This document shows, one piece after another, positions 1 through 10,332 of a stretch of DNA of 60,172 bases (position 1 is the stretch's first letter; each line of letters opens with the position of its first letter). Position numbers and translations under genes: made by a program. The notes beneath the pieces were generated by a model, which had not been told where the DNA came from, searched no databases, and saw only the letters and a program-made list of their open reading frames with translations. The stretch comes from Abditibacteriaceae bacterium (GTDB taxonomy: Bacteria; Armatimonadota; Abditibacteriia; Abditibacteriales; Abditibacteriaceae), in the NCBI GenBank assembly GCA_031372065.1, contig JANMKN010000308.1:1-60172 (forward strand), in the 5' to 3' direction.

Positions 1-113
1 CCCGGCCTCTCCCCCATGGGGAGAGGAGAGTGTAGTTAATACGCTTCTTCTCGCTTGAAACGGGAGGAAACGTATGGGGGAGGTTCTCCTCTCCCCATGG
101 GGGAGAGGCCGGG
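1..113. repeat. REP/MITE-like inverted repeat, truncated by window start
   Basis: 1-29 (cccggcctctcccccatggggagaggaga) is the exact reverse complement of 85-113; each arm is itself palindromic. Confidence 0.85.
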
Positions 114-252
114 TGAGGGGAGCGAGCGACAAAGTCGCTCTTTCCAGTGCCTACCATAAGCGCACTGCGTAACGTGACTGCAATAATTAGCAAGTCGCAA
201 GCCTTGCTGCGTCGCGCCACATTTTCCTTTTGTTGTTTAAACTGTGTTTTCC

Positions 253-2466
253 ATGCGCCAACTTTTCTTTTTTACACTGTTTATCTGTGTTGTCGTTCAC
301 GCCGCGCCCTTGCAAATGCAAGTTTTAAACGGCGCGCCGCGCGTGTGGAATCGCAGCGATTTTGCGGTTTCAGGCGTGCCGGACGCACAAAACCCGTTTG
401 ATCCCGACGAAATCACCGTGGACGCTACATTTACGGCGCCCGATGGCAAAAGCGTCACGCTGCCGGCCTTTTGGTTTCAGAATTTCGCGCGCCAATTGCA
501 AGGCGACAAGGAAATTCTCACGCCCGTTGGCGCTGCCGGTTGGCGTGTGCGCTGGACGCCTGTGGCAACAGGCGCGCATCGTTGGAAGTTAGTTGTCACA
601 ACGGGCGGCAAAACCACCAGTGGCGCAGGCCAAATTGTCGTGGGCGCGAAGCCCGAAAATGCGCGCGGTTTTGCCCGCGTGGAGCCAAAAGAAAAACGTT
701 ATTTCCAAACTGACGATGGCGCGCCGTTGCCGCTTTCGGGCGAAAATGTCTGCTGGTTTCATCAGCGCGGCACCTTCGATTATGACGATTGGTTTGGCGG
801 TTACAGCGGCGCCAGCATGAATTACACCCGCCTGTGGATGCACAGCGATCTCGGCATCGAATTTTTCACCAACGAGCGCACCAATTACAATTTGCAGCAC
901 GCGTGGCAACTGGATTACATCTTGGATTTAGCCGGACAAAGCGGCATTTATGCGATGCTGTGCCTTGATTATCACGGCGTTTTTCAAGACAAGCCCGATA
1001 TGTGGGGCGGCAATGATTGGTGGCCCAAACATCCTTACAACAAACTCAACGGCGGGCCGTGCGCGACGCAAAACGATTGGTTCACCAATGCCGAGGCCGA
1101 AAAACTTTATCGCAAACGCCTGCGTTATTTAGTCGGGCGCTACGCCAGTTTTCCATCACTGTTTTCGTGGCAGTTTTTCAACGAAATAAACAACGTTTAC
1201 GACAAATTAAAGCCCGCTGATGTGGTTTCGTGGCATGACCGCCAAGCGCAATGGATCAAAGCGCATGACCCTTATCGGCATTTGGTGACAACGAGTTTCG
1301 GTTCGGCAGGCGACCAGCCGGAAATGTGGAAATTATCCTCGCTCGATTACGCCAATTATCACTGGTATGGCAACTGGGGCGGGGCTTATAGCTCGGTTTT
1401 GCAAATGACAAGTGGCGTCGCAGAGGATTTTCGGAAGCGTTATGGCAAGCCGGTTGTCATCGCCGAATTCGGCACCGATGGCGGTGGCGGCGATAAAAAC
1501 CGCGCCGCCGACCCGCAAAAACGCGGTCTGGTGCAAGCCATTTGGGGCGGCGTTTTTTCCGGCACGGCAGGCACAACTTCGCCGTGGTGGTGGGAGCAAA
1601 ATCACCAAGAAAACAACTACGAAATCTGGGGCGCGCTCAATCAATTTTTAGAAGGCACAGGTTTCGGCAGCGCCGCATGGAAACCCATCGAAGCCAGCGG
1701 GCCGAAGATGAGCGCCGAACTCGGCGAAGCCCTCCCCGGCGCGGCGCCTTTTGAAATTAAAATCAACACCATAGCCAGTTGGAGCGGCAAAAACAAAGGC
1801 ATCGGCGTTGTGCGCGCGGCCAGCGACACCGAAACTGTTGTGCCTAATTCTTACCTGCACGGCAATGACAAAAAAGATTTAATCAACCCCTTCGTGTTAC
1901 AAGCACACTTAGCCTCCGGCGCGAAATTGGTGATTCACGTTAATTCGGTTTCTAACGGTGCAGTTTTGGCCGTCAAAGCCAACGTACAAGAGATTTTCCG
2001 TCGCGCTTTGCCCAACAAAGACGGAAAATGGGAAATCAACAACGAATACAATGAAGATTTTGAAGTCGCTTTGCCCACAGGCAAGACCGACATCGAAATT
2101 TTCAATCCCGGCGGCGATTGGATTTATGTGGATTCCGTCAAGCTGACTGGCGTTTTGCCTTCGCGGGCGCCACAAAAAGACGGCGCGCCGCTGGATGCGT
2201 GGGCGCTCTCCAATGGCAAAATGGCGCTGGTTTACTGTGTTGACCCGCGCTTTAATTGGCCGCGCGGACGCGATGCAACCTCACAAAAACTTTTTGGCGC
2301 TGTCGCGACCATTCGTGGCTTGCCCGACGGCAATTACACCGCGCAATGGTTCAACACGCGCAACGCGCAAAGCCTTGGTGTTACAAAACCACAAAGTCAA
2401 AACGGCATCCTAAAATTAGCTGTGCCGCCTTTTGAAACCGACATCGCCGCGAAGATTATTCGTTGA
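253..2466 (+). CDS. Secreted clan GH-A glycoside hydrolase (DUF5060 N-terminal domain + GH5-like barrel)
   Basis: Signal peptide, NPFDPDEI..F.APDG DUF5060-like motif, WQFFNE acid/base and IAEFG nucleophile motifs; ATG at 253 preferred. Confidence 0.8.
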   Translation: MRQLFFFTLFICVVVHAAPLQMQVLNGAPRVWNRSDFAVSGVPDAQNPFDPDEITVDATFTAPDGKSVTLPAFWFQNFARQLQGDKEILTPVGAAGWRVRWTPVATGAHRWKLVVTTGGKTTSGAGQIVVGAKPENARGFARVEPKEKRYFQTDDGAPLPLSGENVCWFHQRGTFDYDDWFGGYSGASMNYTRLWMHSDLGIEFFTNERTNYNLQHAWQLDYILDLAGQSGIYAMLCLDYHGVFQDKPDMWGGNDWWPKHPYNKLNGGPCATQNDWFTNAEAEKLYRKRLRYLVGRYASFPSLFSWQFFNEINNVYDKLKPADVVSWHDRQAQWIKAHDPYRHLVTTSFGSAGDQPEMWKLSSLDYANYHWYGNWGGAYSSVLQMTSGVAEDFRKRYGKPVVIAEFGTDGGGGDKNRAADPQKRGLVQAIWGGVFSGTAGTTSPWWWEQNHQENNYEIWGALNQFLEGTGFGSAAWKPIEASGPKMSAELGEALPGAAPFEIKINTIASWSGKNKGIGVVRAASDTETVVPNSYLHGNDKKDLINPFVLQAHLASGAKLVIHVNSVSNGAVLAVKANVQEIFRRALPNKDGKWEINNEYNEDFEVALPTGKTDIEIFNPGGDWIYVDSVKLTGVLPSRAPQKDGAPLDAWALSNGKMALVYCVDPRFNWPRGRDATSQKLFGAVATIRGLPDGNYTAQWFNTRNAQSLGVTKPQSQNGILKLAVPPFETDIAAKIIR

Positions 2467-2551
2467 AAAAATCATGCGGCCCCTGTGCAGCGCCCTTGGT
2501 TTGATGTAACAATTTTAGCAGCGAGAATTCCGAGAGAGTTTGAGGTTTTTC

Positions 2552-3190
2552 ATGGCAACACACGTTCCTTTTACGGACAATTACGACGATTTATCAACAG
2601 ATCGCGGCTTTCAATTTCGTTTCAATTGCGAGCGCTGCGGCAATGGTCATTTGTCGTCATTTCAGGCCAGCGCTGTTGGCATGGCAGGCGGCGCGTTGCG
2701 CGCGGCCAGCAGCCTTTTTGGCGGCGTTTTAGGCCGCGCGGCAGATTCGGCTTACGATATTCAGCGCATGGTCGGTGGCCCGGCGCATGATAACGCCTTG
2801 CGCAACGCTGTTGAAGAAATTTCGCCACTGTTCGTGCAATGCCGTCGCTGCGGGAACTGGGTGTGCCGCGAAGTGTGCTGGAACGAATCGCGCGGTCAAT
2901 GCGTGAATTGCGCGCCACACATGGACGAAGAAATCAAAGCTATCGAAAGTGATGCCACGATTCAATCTATCCGAGATAAAGCCTATAATGCCAACCTCGG
3001 CGCGAACGTTGAAGTTCAAAGTGCCGCCGCGCCTATAATGTGTCCTTCGTGCGGCGCCGAAAACGCGCCCGGCCAGAAATTTTGCGGTGACTGCGGCACC
3101 AATATGCTGGCGGCGCCCAAATGCCCGTCCTGTGGCGCGCAAGGCGAAGCCGGTCAAAAATTCTGCGGCGAATGCGGAACAAGGTTTTAG
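2552..3190 (+). CDS. Multi zinc-ribbon (double zinc ribbon) protein
   Basis: Many CxxC pairs, C-terminal CPSCG..KFCGDCG and CPSCG..KFCGECG; GAGG before ATG 2552. Confidence 0.8.
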   Translation: MATHVPFTDNYDDLSTDRGFQFRFNCERCGNGHLSSFQASAVGMAGGALRAASSLFGGVLGRAADSAYDIQRMVGGPAHDNALRNAVEEISPLFVQCRRCGNWVCREVCWNESRGQCVNCAPHMDEEIKAIESDATIQSIRDKAYNANLGANVEVQSAAAPIMCPSCGAENAPGQKFCGDCGTNMLAAPKCPSCGAQGEAGQKFCGECGTRF

Positions 3191-3223
3191 GAAGCTTTGA
3201 GCGGTTTGCAGGCAACGAGCAAC

Positions 3224-3261
3224 AAAAAAAGCGCCAGTGAAAATTCACTGGCGCTTTTTTT
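3224..3261. terminator. Bidirectional intrinsic terminator
   Basis: aaaaaaagcgccagtgaa/ttcactggcgcttttttt between convergent genes. Confidence 0.85.
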
Positions 3262-3304
3262 ATGCTGTCGGCTCAAAGCCAATCGCTTACTCAAAGCTAA
3301 TCGC

Positions 3305-3958
3305 TTACTTATTCAGCACCGCTAAAACGTCTTTGGTAATGTCAACGGCGTCGTCGCTCCACACCAAGGCGCGTTTGCGAACAACGAGTTTAATGCCTTT
3401 TTTCTTGGCGACCTCGGCGATAACATTGTTGGCCTGATCGGTATATTTCTTTTCGGTGGCTTCTTGTTCGGTTTTGATGGCGCCAAAAACCTTGTTTGAC
3501 AAAGCACGCAAATCGGCATCGTTGCCTTGAGAATAGCCCAGAAACGTCTTGATTTTGGCTTCTTCGTCAGCATTGCGATTGCTTTTGGCGATCAAAGCCA
3601 GATATTCCGCGCGGCGGTCAGCGCCGGTTTTCACCAAGGCGTTCAAAGCGGCATCATCGGGTGCCGAGCGAGGCGTTTGAACGATTAAAGCATCGAATTT
3701 CTTGCCTTCGTCCGTGCTGAGTAATTCGCGCGCTTCGAGTTTGCTATCAATGCTTTTGGCGCGGGCTTCGATTTCGTCCAGCGCGGTTTTGTAAACCTTA
3801 TAATCGTCGGCTAATTTGTCTTCGTCCAACGTGCCAACCGTGACAGCTTGAGCTTGCACTGGCGGCGCGCTGACCAAAGCAGCGCTACCAATCGTGCCCA
3901 GCATCAAGGCGCCCAACAATTTCCCTGTCAAATTCCACTTCTGCGTGTGCAGTTTCAT
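3305..3958 (-). CDS. OmpH/Skp family outer membrane chaperone
   Basis: Signal peptide, coiled coil, C-terminal VAKKKGIKLV...VDITKDVL motif. Confidence 0.75.
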   Translation of the reverse strand: MKLHTQKWNLTGKLLGALMLGTIGSAALVSAPPVQAQAVTVGTLDEDKLADDYKVYKTALDEIEARAKSIDSKLEARELLSTDEGKKFDALIVQTPRSAPDDAALNALVKTGADRRAEYLALIAKSNRNADEEAKIKTFLGYSQGNDADLRALSNKVFGAIKTEQEATEKKYTDQANNVIAEVAKKKGIKLVVRKRALVWSDDAVDITKDVLAVLNK

Positions 3959-4029
3959 TCAGTCTCCTCAAAAATCCATTTTCACAAAGTCGAACCCTGA
4001 CGCCATAAAGGTATCAGGGTTCGTTGCTC

Positions 4030-5181
4030 TTAATAACGTGGCATATCAGTGTCAACTTGCGAGGCCCAAGCGTCAATGCCGCCAGCCAAGTTTTTCAGCT
4101 TCGAAAAGCCCATTTTCTGCAAAAAGCCAATTGCCCGCGCCGAACGCATTCCGTGATGGCAATAAACCACCATATCGTCAGCGGTATCCAATTCATTCAT
4201 ACGCGAAGGCAAATCGTTGAGAGGAATCAGCTTCGCGTTGGGAATTGTGGCAATACCCCATTCCTGCGGCTTGCGCACGTCCAAAAGCGTGAGTTTGCGG
4301 CCCGAAGCCAGCGCTTCTTGCAATTGTTTGACGTTGATAACTTCCATCGGGCCTTCGCTTTCGTCTTCGGCGTCATTGCCGCGTCCGTAGCCGCAGAAAA
4401 AGTCGTAATCCTGCAATTCGTGAATTGTCGGATTGCTGCCGCAAACCGGGCATTCCGGGTCTTTGCGAATTTTCAACTCGCGGAATTTCATTTCCAGCGC
4501 GTCATAAAGCATCAAGCGCCCGACGAGTGAACGGCCTTTGCCGATAATCAATTTAATCGCTTCGGTTGCTTGCACCACGCCAACGACGCCGGGCAAAATG
4601 CCAAGGACTCCGCCTTCGGCGCAACTGGGCACCATACCGGGCGGCGGCGCTTCGGGATACAAGCAGCGATAGCAAGGGCCATCCGGGTCGCAAAAGACGG
4701 TGCTTTGACCGTCGAACCGGAAAATCGAGCCATAAACGTTGAGTTTCTTTTCAAAAACACAGGCATCGTTCACCATGTAGCGCGTTTGAAAATTGTCGGT
4801 GCCATCCACCACTAAAGTGTGTTCGCGCACCAATTCGCGCACGTTTTCATTGGTCAGTTGGTCTTGAATGGCATTGACTTTGACGTGCGGATTAATCTCG
4901 GCAATGCGTCGCTTGGCCGACTCGACTTTAGGCACACCAACCGACGAGGTATCGTGCAAAATCTGGCGTTGCAGATTGGAAACGTCTACCACATCGGGAT
5001 CAATGATCGTCATTTCGCCGATGCCGCTGGCCGCCAAATAAACAGCCGAAGGCGAACCCAAACCGCCCGCGCCGACCATCAAAATCTTCGCGGCTTTGAG
5101 TTTTTCCTGCCCTTCGACGCCCATTTCGGGCATGATGAGGTGCCGCCCGTAACGCAGCACTTCCTGATTCGTGAGTTTCAT
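4030..5181 (-). CDS. moeB: Molybdopterin-synthase adenylyltransferase MoeB/MoeZ with rhodanese domain
   Basis: RYGRH, GAGGLG, SNLQRQ, CYRC, SCAEGGVLG, C-terminal rhodanese YCHHGMRS. Confidence 0.93.
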   Translation of the reverse strand: MKLTNQEVLRYGRHLIMPEMGVEGQEKLKAAKILMVGAGGLGSPSAVYLAASGIGEMTIIDPDVVDVSNLQRQILHDTSSVGVPKVESAKRRIAEINPHVKVNAIQDQLTNENVRELVREHTLVVDGTDNFQTRYMVNDACVFEKKLNVYGSIFRFDGQSTVFCDPDGPCYRCLYPEAPPPGMVPSCAEGGVLGILPGVVGVVQATEAIKLIIGKGRSLVGRLMLYDALEMKFRELKIRKDPECPVCGSNPTIHELQDYDFFCGYGRGNDAEDESEGPMEVINVKQLQEALASGRKLTLLDVRKPQEWGIATIPNAKLIPLNDLPSRMNELDTADDMVVYCHHGMRSARAIGFLQKMGFSKLKNLAGGIDAWASQVDTDMPRY

Positions 5182-5390
5182 AAATTTCCTTGCTTACGGC
5201 TTGGTTTCAAAGGCTTTCCAATACGTTTTGGCGCGTCGGGAGCCTTTGATTTGTGCCTCTAACGCGCCAAAACGCTGGGGCGTTTCCTAAAATCTCTTCT
5301 AATTCCTACCCGCGAGGGGTGCCTTTATTTTAGCGAGCTATTTTCGACTTGCAAACCAGCATTTGTGTAAAGCAGCGTTAAACTGAAGGT

Positions 5391-6311
5391 ATGAATTATA
5401 AAATTTGCGTGACAAGTCGTTATGTTGACGAACTTGAGGAGGAGTTAGAATCTTGCGGTCATCAATTTACCTTCGACAAAGTCGATTTGCCGTCGTGCGA
5501 CATCGCTTTTGGCCAGCCGGATAAGCAAATCGTCATCGAATCGCCCCATTTGCGCTGGATTCATCTGACCAGCGCCGGTTACACCAATTACGACAACGAA
5601 ATCGTGCGCGAGGCTTTGCAAAAACGCGGCGCGGTTTTGACCAACAGTTCAGGTGTTTACGACGAACCGTGCGCCCAGCACGCCTTGGCAATGATGCTCG
5701 CTTTTGCGCGGCAGTTGCCGCAGATTGAGCGCGAAAGCGGCCAGTGGAACAGTGGCGCGCATCGCGCCAACAGTTTTTTACTGAACGAACAAACCGTTTT
5801 GTTTCTCGGTTTTGGCGCCATCGCGCAACGCTTGGCCGAGTTGCTTGCCCCATTCGATTGCGCTCTTTTCGCGTTTCGTCGCCGCAAACGCGGTGACGAA
5901 ACAGTAAAAATAATTGAACGTAGCGAGTTGGAAAAGATTTTGAGGCAAGCCGATCATGTTGTGAATTTGTTGCCCGAAAACGATTCGACACGCGGTTTTA
6001 TGAACGCCGAACGCTTCGCGCAAATGGCGCCCGGCGCGCATTATTACAACATCGGGCGCGGCGCGACAACCGACCAAGAGGCTCTTTTAGAAGTCCTAAA
6101 TTCCCGTTATTTGGCGGGCGCTTATTTGGATGTGACTTCGCCCGAACCATTGCCGCCGGAGCATCCGTTGTGGAGCGCGCCGAATTGTTTTATTACGCCG
6201 CATTCGGCGGGCGGCCACGAAAACGAAGATTGGCGTTTAGTGATGCATTTCCTCCAAAACCTGCAACGTTTTGAAAACGGCGAAGCATTGAACGATGTGG
6301 TTTTCGGATGA
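5391..6311 (+). CDS. D-2-hydroxyacid dehydrogenase
   Basis: GFGAIA Rossmann motif, NIGRG, LDVTSPEPLP, TPHSAG. Confidence 0.9.
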   Translation: MNYKICVTSRYVDELEEELESCGHQFTFDKVDLPSCDIAFGQPDKQIVIESPHLRWIHLTSAGYTNYDNEIVREALQKRGAVLTNSSGVYDEPCAQHALAMMLAFARQLPQIERESGQWNSGAHRANSFLLNEQTVLFLGFGAIAQRLAELLAPFDCALFAFRRRKRGDETVKIIERSELEKILRQADHVVNLLPENDSTRGFMNAERFAQMAPGAHYYNIGRGATTDQEALLEVLNSRYLAGAYLDVTSPEPLPPEHPLWSAPNCFITPHSAGGHENEDWRLVMHFLQNLQRFENGEALNDVVFG

Positions 6312-7231
6312 CCAAAATTCTCATTTTAGTCGGCCCAACAGGAACCGGCAAAACCGCGATAGGCATTGAACTTTGCCAGCTTTTGAATGGCGAGATCATC
6401 TCTGCCGATTCGATGCAAATTTACAAAGGCTGCGACGTTGTCACAGCCAAAGCCACGCCGCAAGAACGCGCCCATGCGCCACATCATTTAATTGATATTT
6501 GCGACCCGCGCGAAACCTATTCCGCCGCGCGCTGGGCGCAGGACGCGCAAAATGCGATTGACGACATAGAATCGCGCGGCAAAGTGCCAATTATCGTCGG
6601 CGGCACCGGCTTTTATATCAACGCGCTTTTGCATCCTGAAAAGTTAGCCGCCGCGCCGCCAAATGCGCAGTTGCGTGCTGAGTTAGAAAATGAAGCACAA
6701 AATAACGGCGCGCAATGGCTGCATGACAAATTAAAAACACTCGACCAAAACGCTGCCGCGCGCCTGCATCCCAACGATACAAAACGCATTCTGCGCGCCA
6801 TTGAAGTAGCTGTCAGTGATCAGGGGTCGGTGGTCGGCAGTCAGCCTCCAGCTTCCAGCTTCCAGCCTGTGATTTTCGGCCTGAATTTATCGCGTGAAAA
6901 ACTTTATGAGCGGCTGAACAATCGCGTGGATAAAATGCTGACGGACGGCGCTTTGGACGAATTGAAAACTCTGTTGGCTTGCGGCGTGCCGCGTGAGGCG
7001 CCCGCCTTGCAAGGCGTCGGCTACCGGCAGCTTTTGCCAGTTTTGGATGACCAAACGCGCTTGCCCGAAGCTATCGAATTGTGGAAGCGCGACACGCGCC
7101 GTTATGCCAAGCGACAAATGACGTGGTTTCGCCATCAATTGCCCTTACAGTGGCTTGAAATCAACGAAACCAGCGCACCCGAAGAAGTTGCGCGGCGGAT
7201 TATCGAATTGCAGAATAATCTTGGTTGCTGA
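6308..7231 (+). CDS. miaA: tRNA dimethylallyltransferase
   Basis: GPTGTGKT, ISADSMQIY, VGGTGFY, TRRYAKRQMTWF. Confidence 0.96.
   Translation: MTKILILVGPTGTGKTAIGIELCQLLNGEIISADSMQIYKGCDVVTAKATPQERAHAPHHLIDICDPRETYSAARWAQDAQNAIDDIESRGKVPIIVGGTGFYINALLHPEKLAAAPPNAQLRAELENEAQNNGAQWLHDKLKTLDQNAAARLHPNDTKRILRAIEVAVSDQGSVVGSQPPASSFQPVIFGLNLSREKLYERLNNRVDKMLTDGALDELKTLLACGVPREAPALQGVGYRQLLPVLDDQTRLPEAIELWKRDTRRYAKRQMTWFRHQLPLQWLEINETSAPEEVARRIIELQNNLGC
6810..6865 (+). repeat. Eight degenerate heptamers inside miaA
   Basis: ctgtcag tgatcag gggtcgg tggtcgg cagtcag cctccag cttccag cttccag. Confidence 0.6.
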
Positions 7232-7306
7232 CAAATCACCTTCCAGCAGATAGGTAGCAATGCGGCCTATTTTACGCTAATTTTTCACGGTTTTGTTCAA
7301 AGCCGC

Positions 7307-7489
7307 GCCCCAAATGCCAAGTTCGGCCCCGAACTTGGCATTTGGGGCCACGAACTTGGCATTTGGGGCGCGGAACATGAGAAGTTCGGTCTGGAAAACA
7401 ACGACTGCGGCCTCGAACTTGTCATGTTCGGCCTCCCAATTCCCCTTTGGGGTGCCGAACTTGCCGTTGGGGAGGCCCCATTTGGCAGG
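7307..7489. repeat. 21-bp period palindromic array A (about 8-9 units)
   Basis: Units at 7309,7330,7351,7372,7393,7414,7435,7456,7477 with CGAAC/CCCAA..GTTCG/TTGGG arms; first two units form a perfect 20-bp inverted repeat. Confidence 0.8.
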
Positions 7490-7519
7490 CGTGAGTTGTG
7501 GGCGCGAGCGGCGCGATGT

Positions 7520-8362
7520 TCAATCGCGCCCATGCTCTTCAAGCCACGCGCGCAGAGGCACATCTTGCGGGGCGCGGTCGGGCAAATAAAAGCTGAGTTC
7601 GTGCGTCGAATGGCCCAAAAGCTGGCGCTGAATCGGGTTGGCTTTTTCGATAAGTTCGGGCGACTGCATGATGAAATCAATGGCTTTTAGATACCGATGA
7701 CAGTAGCCGATATAAATGTTTTTGCGCGGATAATCGGCGTAATTCGGGCCGACGGCGTGCCATGTGCGCTGCTCGAAAAAAACCGCGTCGCCGGGCCGCG
7801 TCAAAACTTGAATCGCACCTTCGGGTTCGCCGGTTGCTGGATCGGTTTCCGGCTTTTGCGCCCGCAAATGCGAACCGGGAACAACGCGCAAATTTCCCTT
7901 GTCCGGCTCGGATAAATCACTTAAAAAGTAGCCGATTTTGGCATACATTCGCGGGCGCACGCCGTTAATTTCAGGAAACTGCGGGTTTGGCCCGTCGGCG
8001 TGCCATCCGGCGGCTTTAAAAGAACTTTCGGCTTGCGGCGTGGGCATCCGCACGAAAATGTGCGAAGTCGTCAGTTGAATGTTCCAACCCATAATTTGCG
8101 CCATGAGCGGAAACGTCGCGGGCCAATCGAGCAGCGGCAAAAGTTCGTCGCTGCGCGCGATGGAGTTGCGAATTTCCACGCAGGAATCGGGCGCGACTTT
8201 ACGTTTTGCGCGGTCATCAGCGGCTAATTTATCAACAATGCGCGTAAAATGCGCAATTTCGTCGGCGTTTAGCACACTCGGCACGATGAGATAGCCGTTG
8301 GCTTCAAAAAAATCGTGTTGTTCCTCGCTCAGTCGCGCGGGCATTTGCAAAGTGGCATTCAT
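7520..8362 (-). CDS. Phytanoyl-CoA dioxygenase (PhyH) family Fe(II)/2OG dioxygenase
   Basis: FFEANGYL, WHAD, GNLRVVPGSH, GDAVFF..RTWH. Confidence 0.88.
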   Translation of the reverse strand: MNATLQMPARLSEEQHDFFEANGYLIVPSVLNADEIAHFTRIVDKLAADDRAKRKVAPDSCVEIRNSIARSDELLPLLDWPATFPLMAQIMGWNIQLTTSHIFVRMPTPQAESSFKAAGWHADGPNPQFPEINGVRPRMYAKIGYFLSDLSEPDKGNLRVVPGSHLRAQKPETDPATGEPEGAIQVLTRPGDAVFFEQRTWHAVGPNYADYPRKNIYIGYCHRYLKAIDFIMQSPELIEKANPIQRQLLGHSTHELSFYLPDRAPQDVPLRAWLEEHGRD

Positions 8363-8444
8363 AGGATTGATTTTAAAACGGCGAGTGGAATAAGCAGCCT
8401 CTAACGCCGCTCAAATTCCCAACGTTTTCGCTCAGGCGTGATGC

Positions 8445-9263
8445 TCAGGCCTGATGTTTCGCTGCTTCGCGCGTGTTCTTGCGATAAGTGGCGGGTGTCA
8501 TGCCTGCAAACTGGCGAAAGGCGCGCGTAAAAGGCGAAGCGCCCGAAAAGCCGGTTTGCCTTGCCACAGCTTCAATCGAAAGCCCAGTATTTTCCAGCAG
8601 GCGCCGCGCACGCTCCAAACGCTCGCGCTGCAAAAATTCGTGCGGCGACATTCCCGCCCATTCGTGAAACACACGGCGAAACTGCGCCAGCGAAAAATGC
8701 GCTTCGCGCGCTAAATCGGCCACGCTCACGCCCGGTTTTTCGCGCACGCAACGCAAAACCGCCGCTAACCAAAACGGCGCGCCGCCGCGCGAATCGCCGA
8801 AATTATGAATGCCGTGTCCCTGCAAAACCAGACCAACCAAGACGCGCGCCAAGCCTTCCACCATCAAATTCGCCGTGCCGCACGCCGGAAAACAATCCAC
8901 TAATTCGCTCATGTAAAAACGCTGACGTTCTCGCTGCTGCTCGTCGGGGTTCCACTTAACAGGCGGCCCAATATCAAGCAACAAATCGCGGCCCATCAAA
9001 GGCGCTTCAAGCCCCACAGTGAGCCATTCGGCACGTTGCGGAATGACGATTTTGCGCATCACGCGGCAATCGCTCAAAAACGCTTCGCCACGACTTACTT
9101 CAAATGTGAGATTCTGCGTGGTCACCCGCGCGCTGCCTTCTAACAGCAGCCAAAGCGCACAAGCGGGCACTGTGCTGCCCCACTCGTGTTCGGGCGGCAA
9201 AGCATGATGATGCATCGCCCAACGCACACGCGTTTCGACCAGAGCGGTTAAATCGGAGGCCAT
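8445..9263 (-). CDS. AraC family transcriptional regulator
   Basis: C-terminal double HTH, VARQTGFSGASPFTRAFRQFAGMTPATYR. Confidence 0.92.
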   Translation of the reverse strand: MASDLTALVETRVRWAMHHHALPPEHEWGSTVPACALWLLLEGSARVTTQNLTFEVSRGEAFLSDCRVMRKIVIPQRAEWLTVGLEAPLMGRDLLLDIGPPVKWNPDEQQRERQRFYMSELVDCFPACGTANLMVEGLARVLVGLVLQGHGIHNFGDSRGGAPFWLAAVLRCVREKPGVSVADLAREAHFSLAQFRRVFHEWAGMSPHEFLQRERLERARRLLENTGLSIEAVARQTGFSGASPFTRAFRQFAGMTPATYRKNTREAAKHQA

Positions 9264-9307
9264 AACATTATTTCAAGAATAACGGCGATAACTCACCATG
9301 AATAACA

Positions 9308-10321
9308 TCAAGGAGCGACGGGTTCGATCACAATTGGCTCATCTCCGGGCAACGCCTCGAACATTAATGTGCCGTTTTGGGCAACAATTTGCGCTGTTTT
9401 CGCGCCTTGCGTAACGCGGCACGTTTTCCATGTGGCGGGCACTTGCGTAACAAGTGTCAAGGGATAATCGTAAAACTGCGCCTCGGCATTGCTTTTCATT
9501 TCAAGCACGATGCGCTCCGCATTGGATTTGAGAGTTTTCACTGCGGCACTGCGGCGTTCGGTTTCGTATTTGTGTTGCGAAATATGATCGGTTATCCATA
9601 AATCGCCCTTGTCGCGCCGCTCGGCGAGGCCATCGAGAAGCGGCAGAAAAATGTCTTGCTTGAGCGCCCAGAAATCCTGATATTTCCAATCGGGCACGAT
9701 GCGTTCGACGCCGTGAATTACCAGATATTCCACGCCGCCTTTGGCAATGGCTTTATCGGCCAAGGCCAGCATTTCTTCGGTCGTTTTGAGGTGATAAACC
9801 GCGCCGTGATCACGAAAATCGCCGCGTTCGATGAGATTATTCTTGGAAATCAGTTCTTTTTCCTGCTCCGGCGTGATTTTCCAATCCGTGACGCCCGGTT
9901 TGGCATAGGAAATCAAGCGAGGCTCTTTGGTTTTTGTCACTTCGCCGATGAGTTCGCTCAGGTAACGCGTGCAATCGGTGAATTCATGTTCAGCATCTTC
10001 GAGACTTTGCAAACCATCGTGTGTGAGCGTGTGATTGCCCAGCGCCATGCCCTGCTGCAAAAACTGTTCACGCCACGTTTTCTCGAACTTCTTGAACTCG
10101 CCTTTAGCGGGCACAATGTAAAAGGTCGCCGTCATCTGACGCTTGAGCAATTCGGGCAACGCGACTTGCCAATGGCTCGGCCAGCCGTCGTCGAACATCA
10201 GCAAAAAAGCCGCTTTTTTGTCGTCTTTCCACTGCGCAATGCGCGCCACGCCGGGTTGCGCCTGCGCGCAAACTTGCGTGATTAGTAAAACGCCCAGGGC
10301 GAGAATTTTTCGCTTGAACAT
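9308..10321 (-). CDS. Secreted polysaccharide deacetylase family protein
   Basis: FDDG, ATFY, GNHTLTH NodB-like motifs; signal peptide from ATG 10321. Confidence 0.8.
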   Translation of the reverse strand: MFKRKILALGVLLITQVCAQAQPGVARIAQWKDDKKAAFLLMFDDGWPSHWQVALPELLKRQMTATFYIVPAKGEFKKFEKTWREQFLQQGMALGNHTLTHDGLQSLEDAEHEFTDCTRYLSELIGEVTKTKEPRLISYAKPGVTDWKITPEQEKELISKNNLIERGDFRDHGAVYHLKTTEEMLALADKAIAKGGVEYLVIHGVERIVPDWKYQDFWALKQDIFLPLLDGLAERRDKGDLWITDHISQHKYETERRSAAVKTLKSNAERIVLEMKSNAEAQFYDYPLTLVTQVPATWKTCRVTQGAKTAQIVAQNGTLMFEALPGDEPIVIEPVAP

Positions 10322-10332
10322 GTTTTTCAGTC

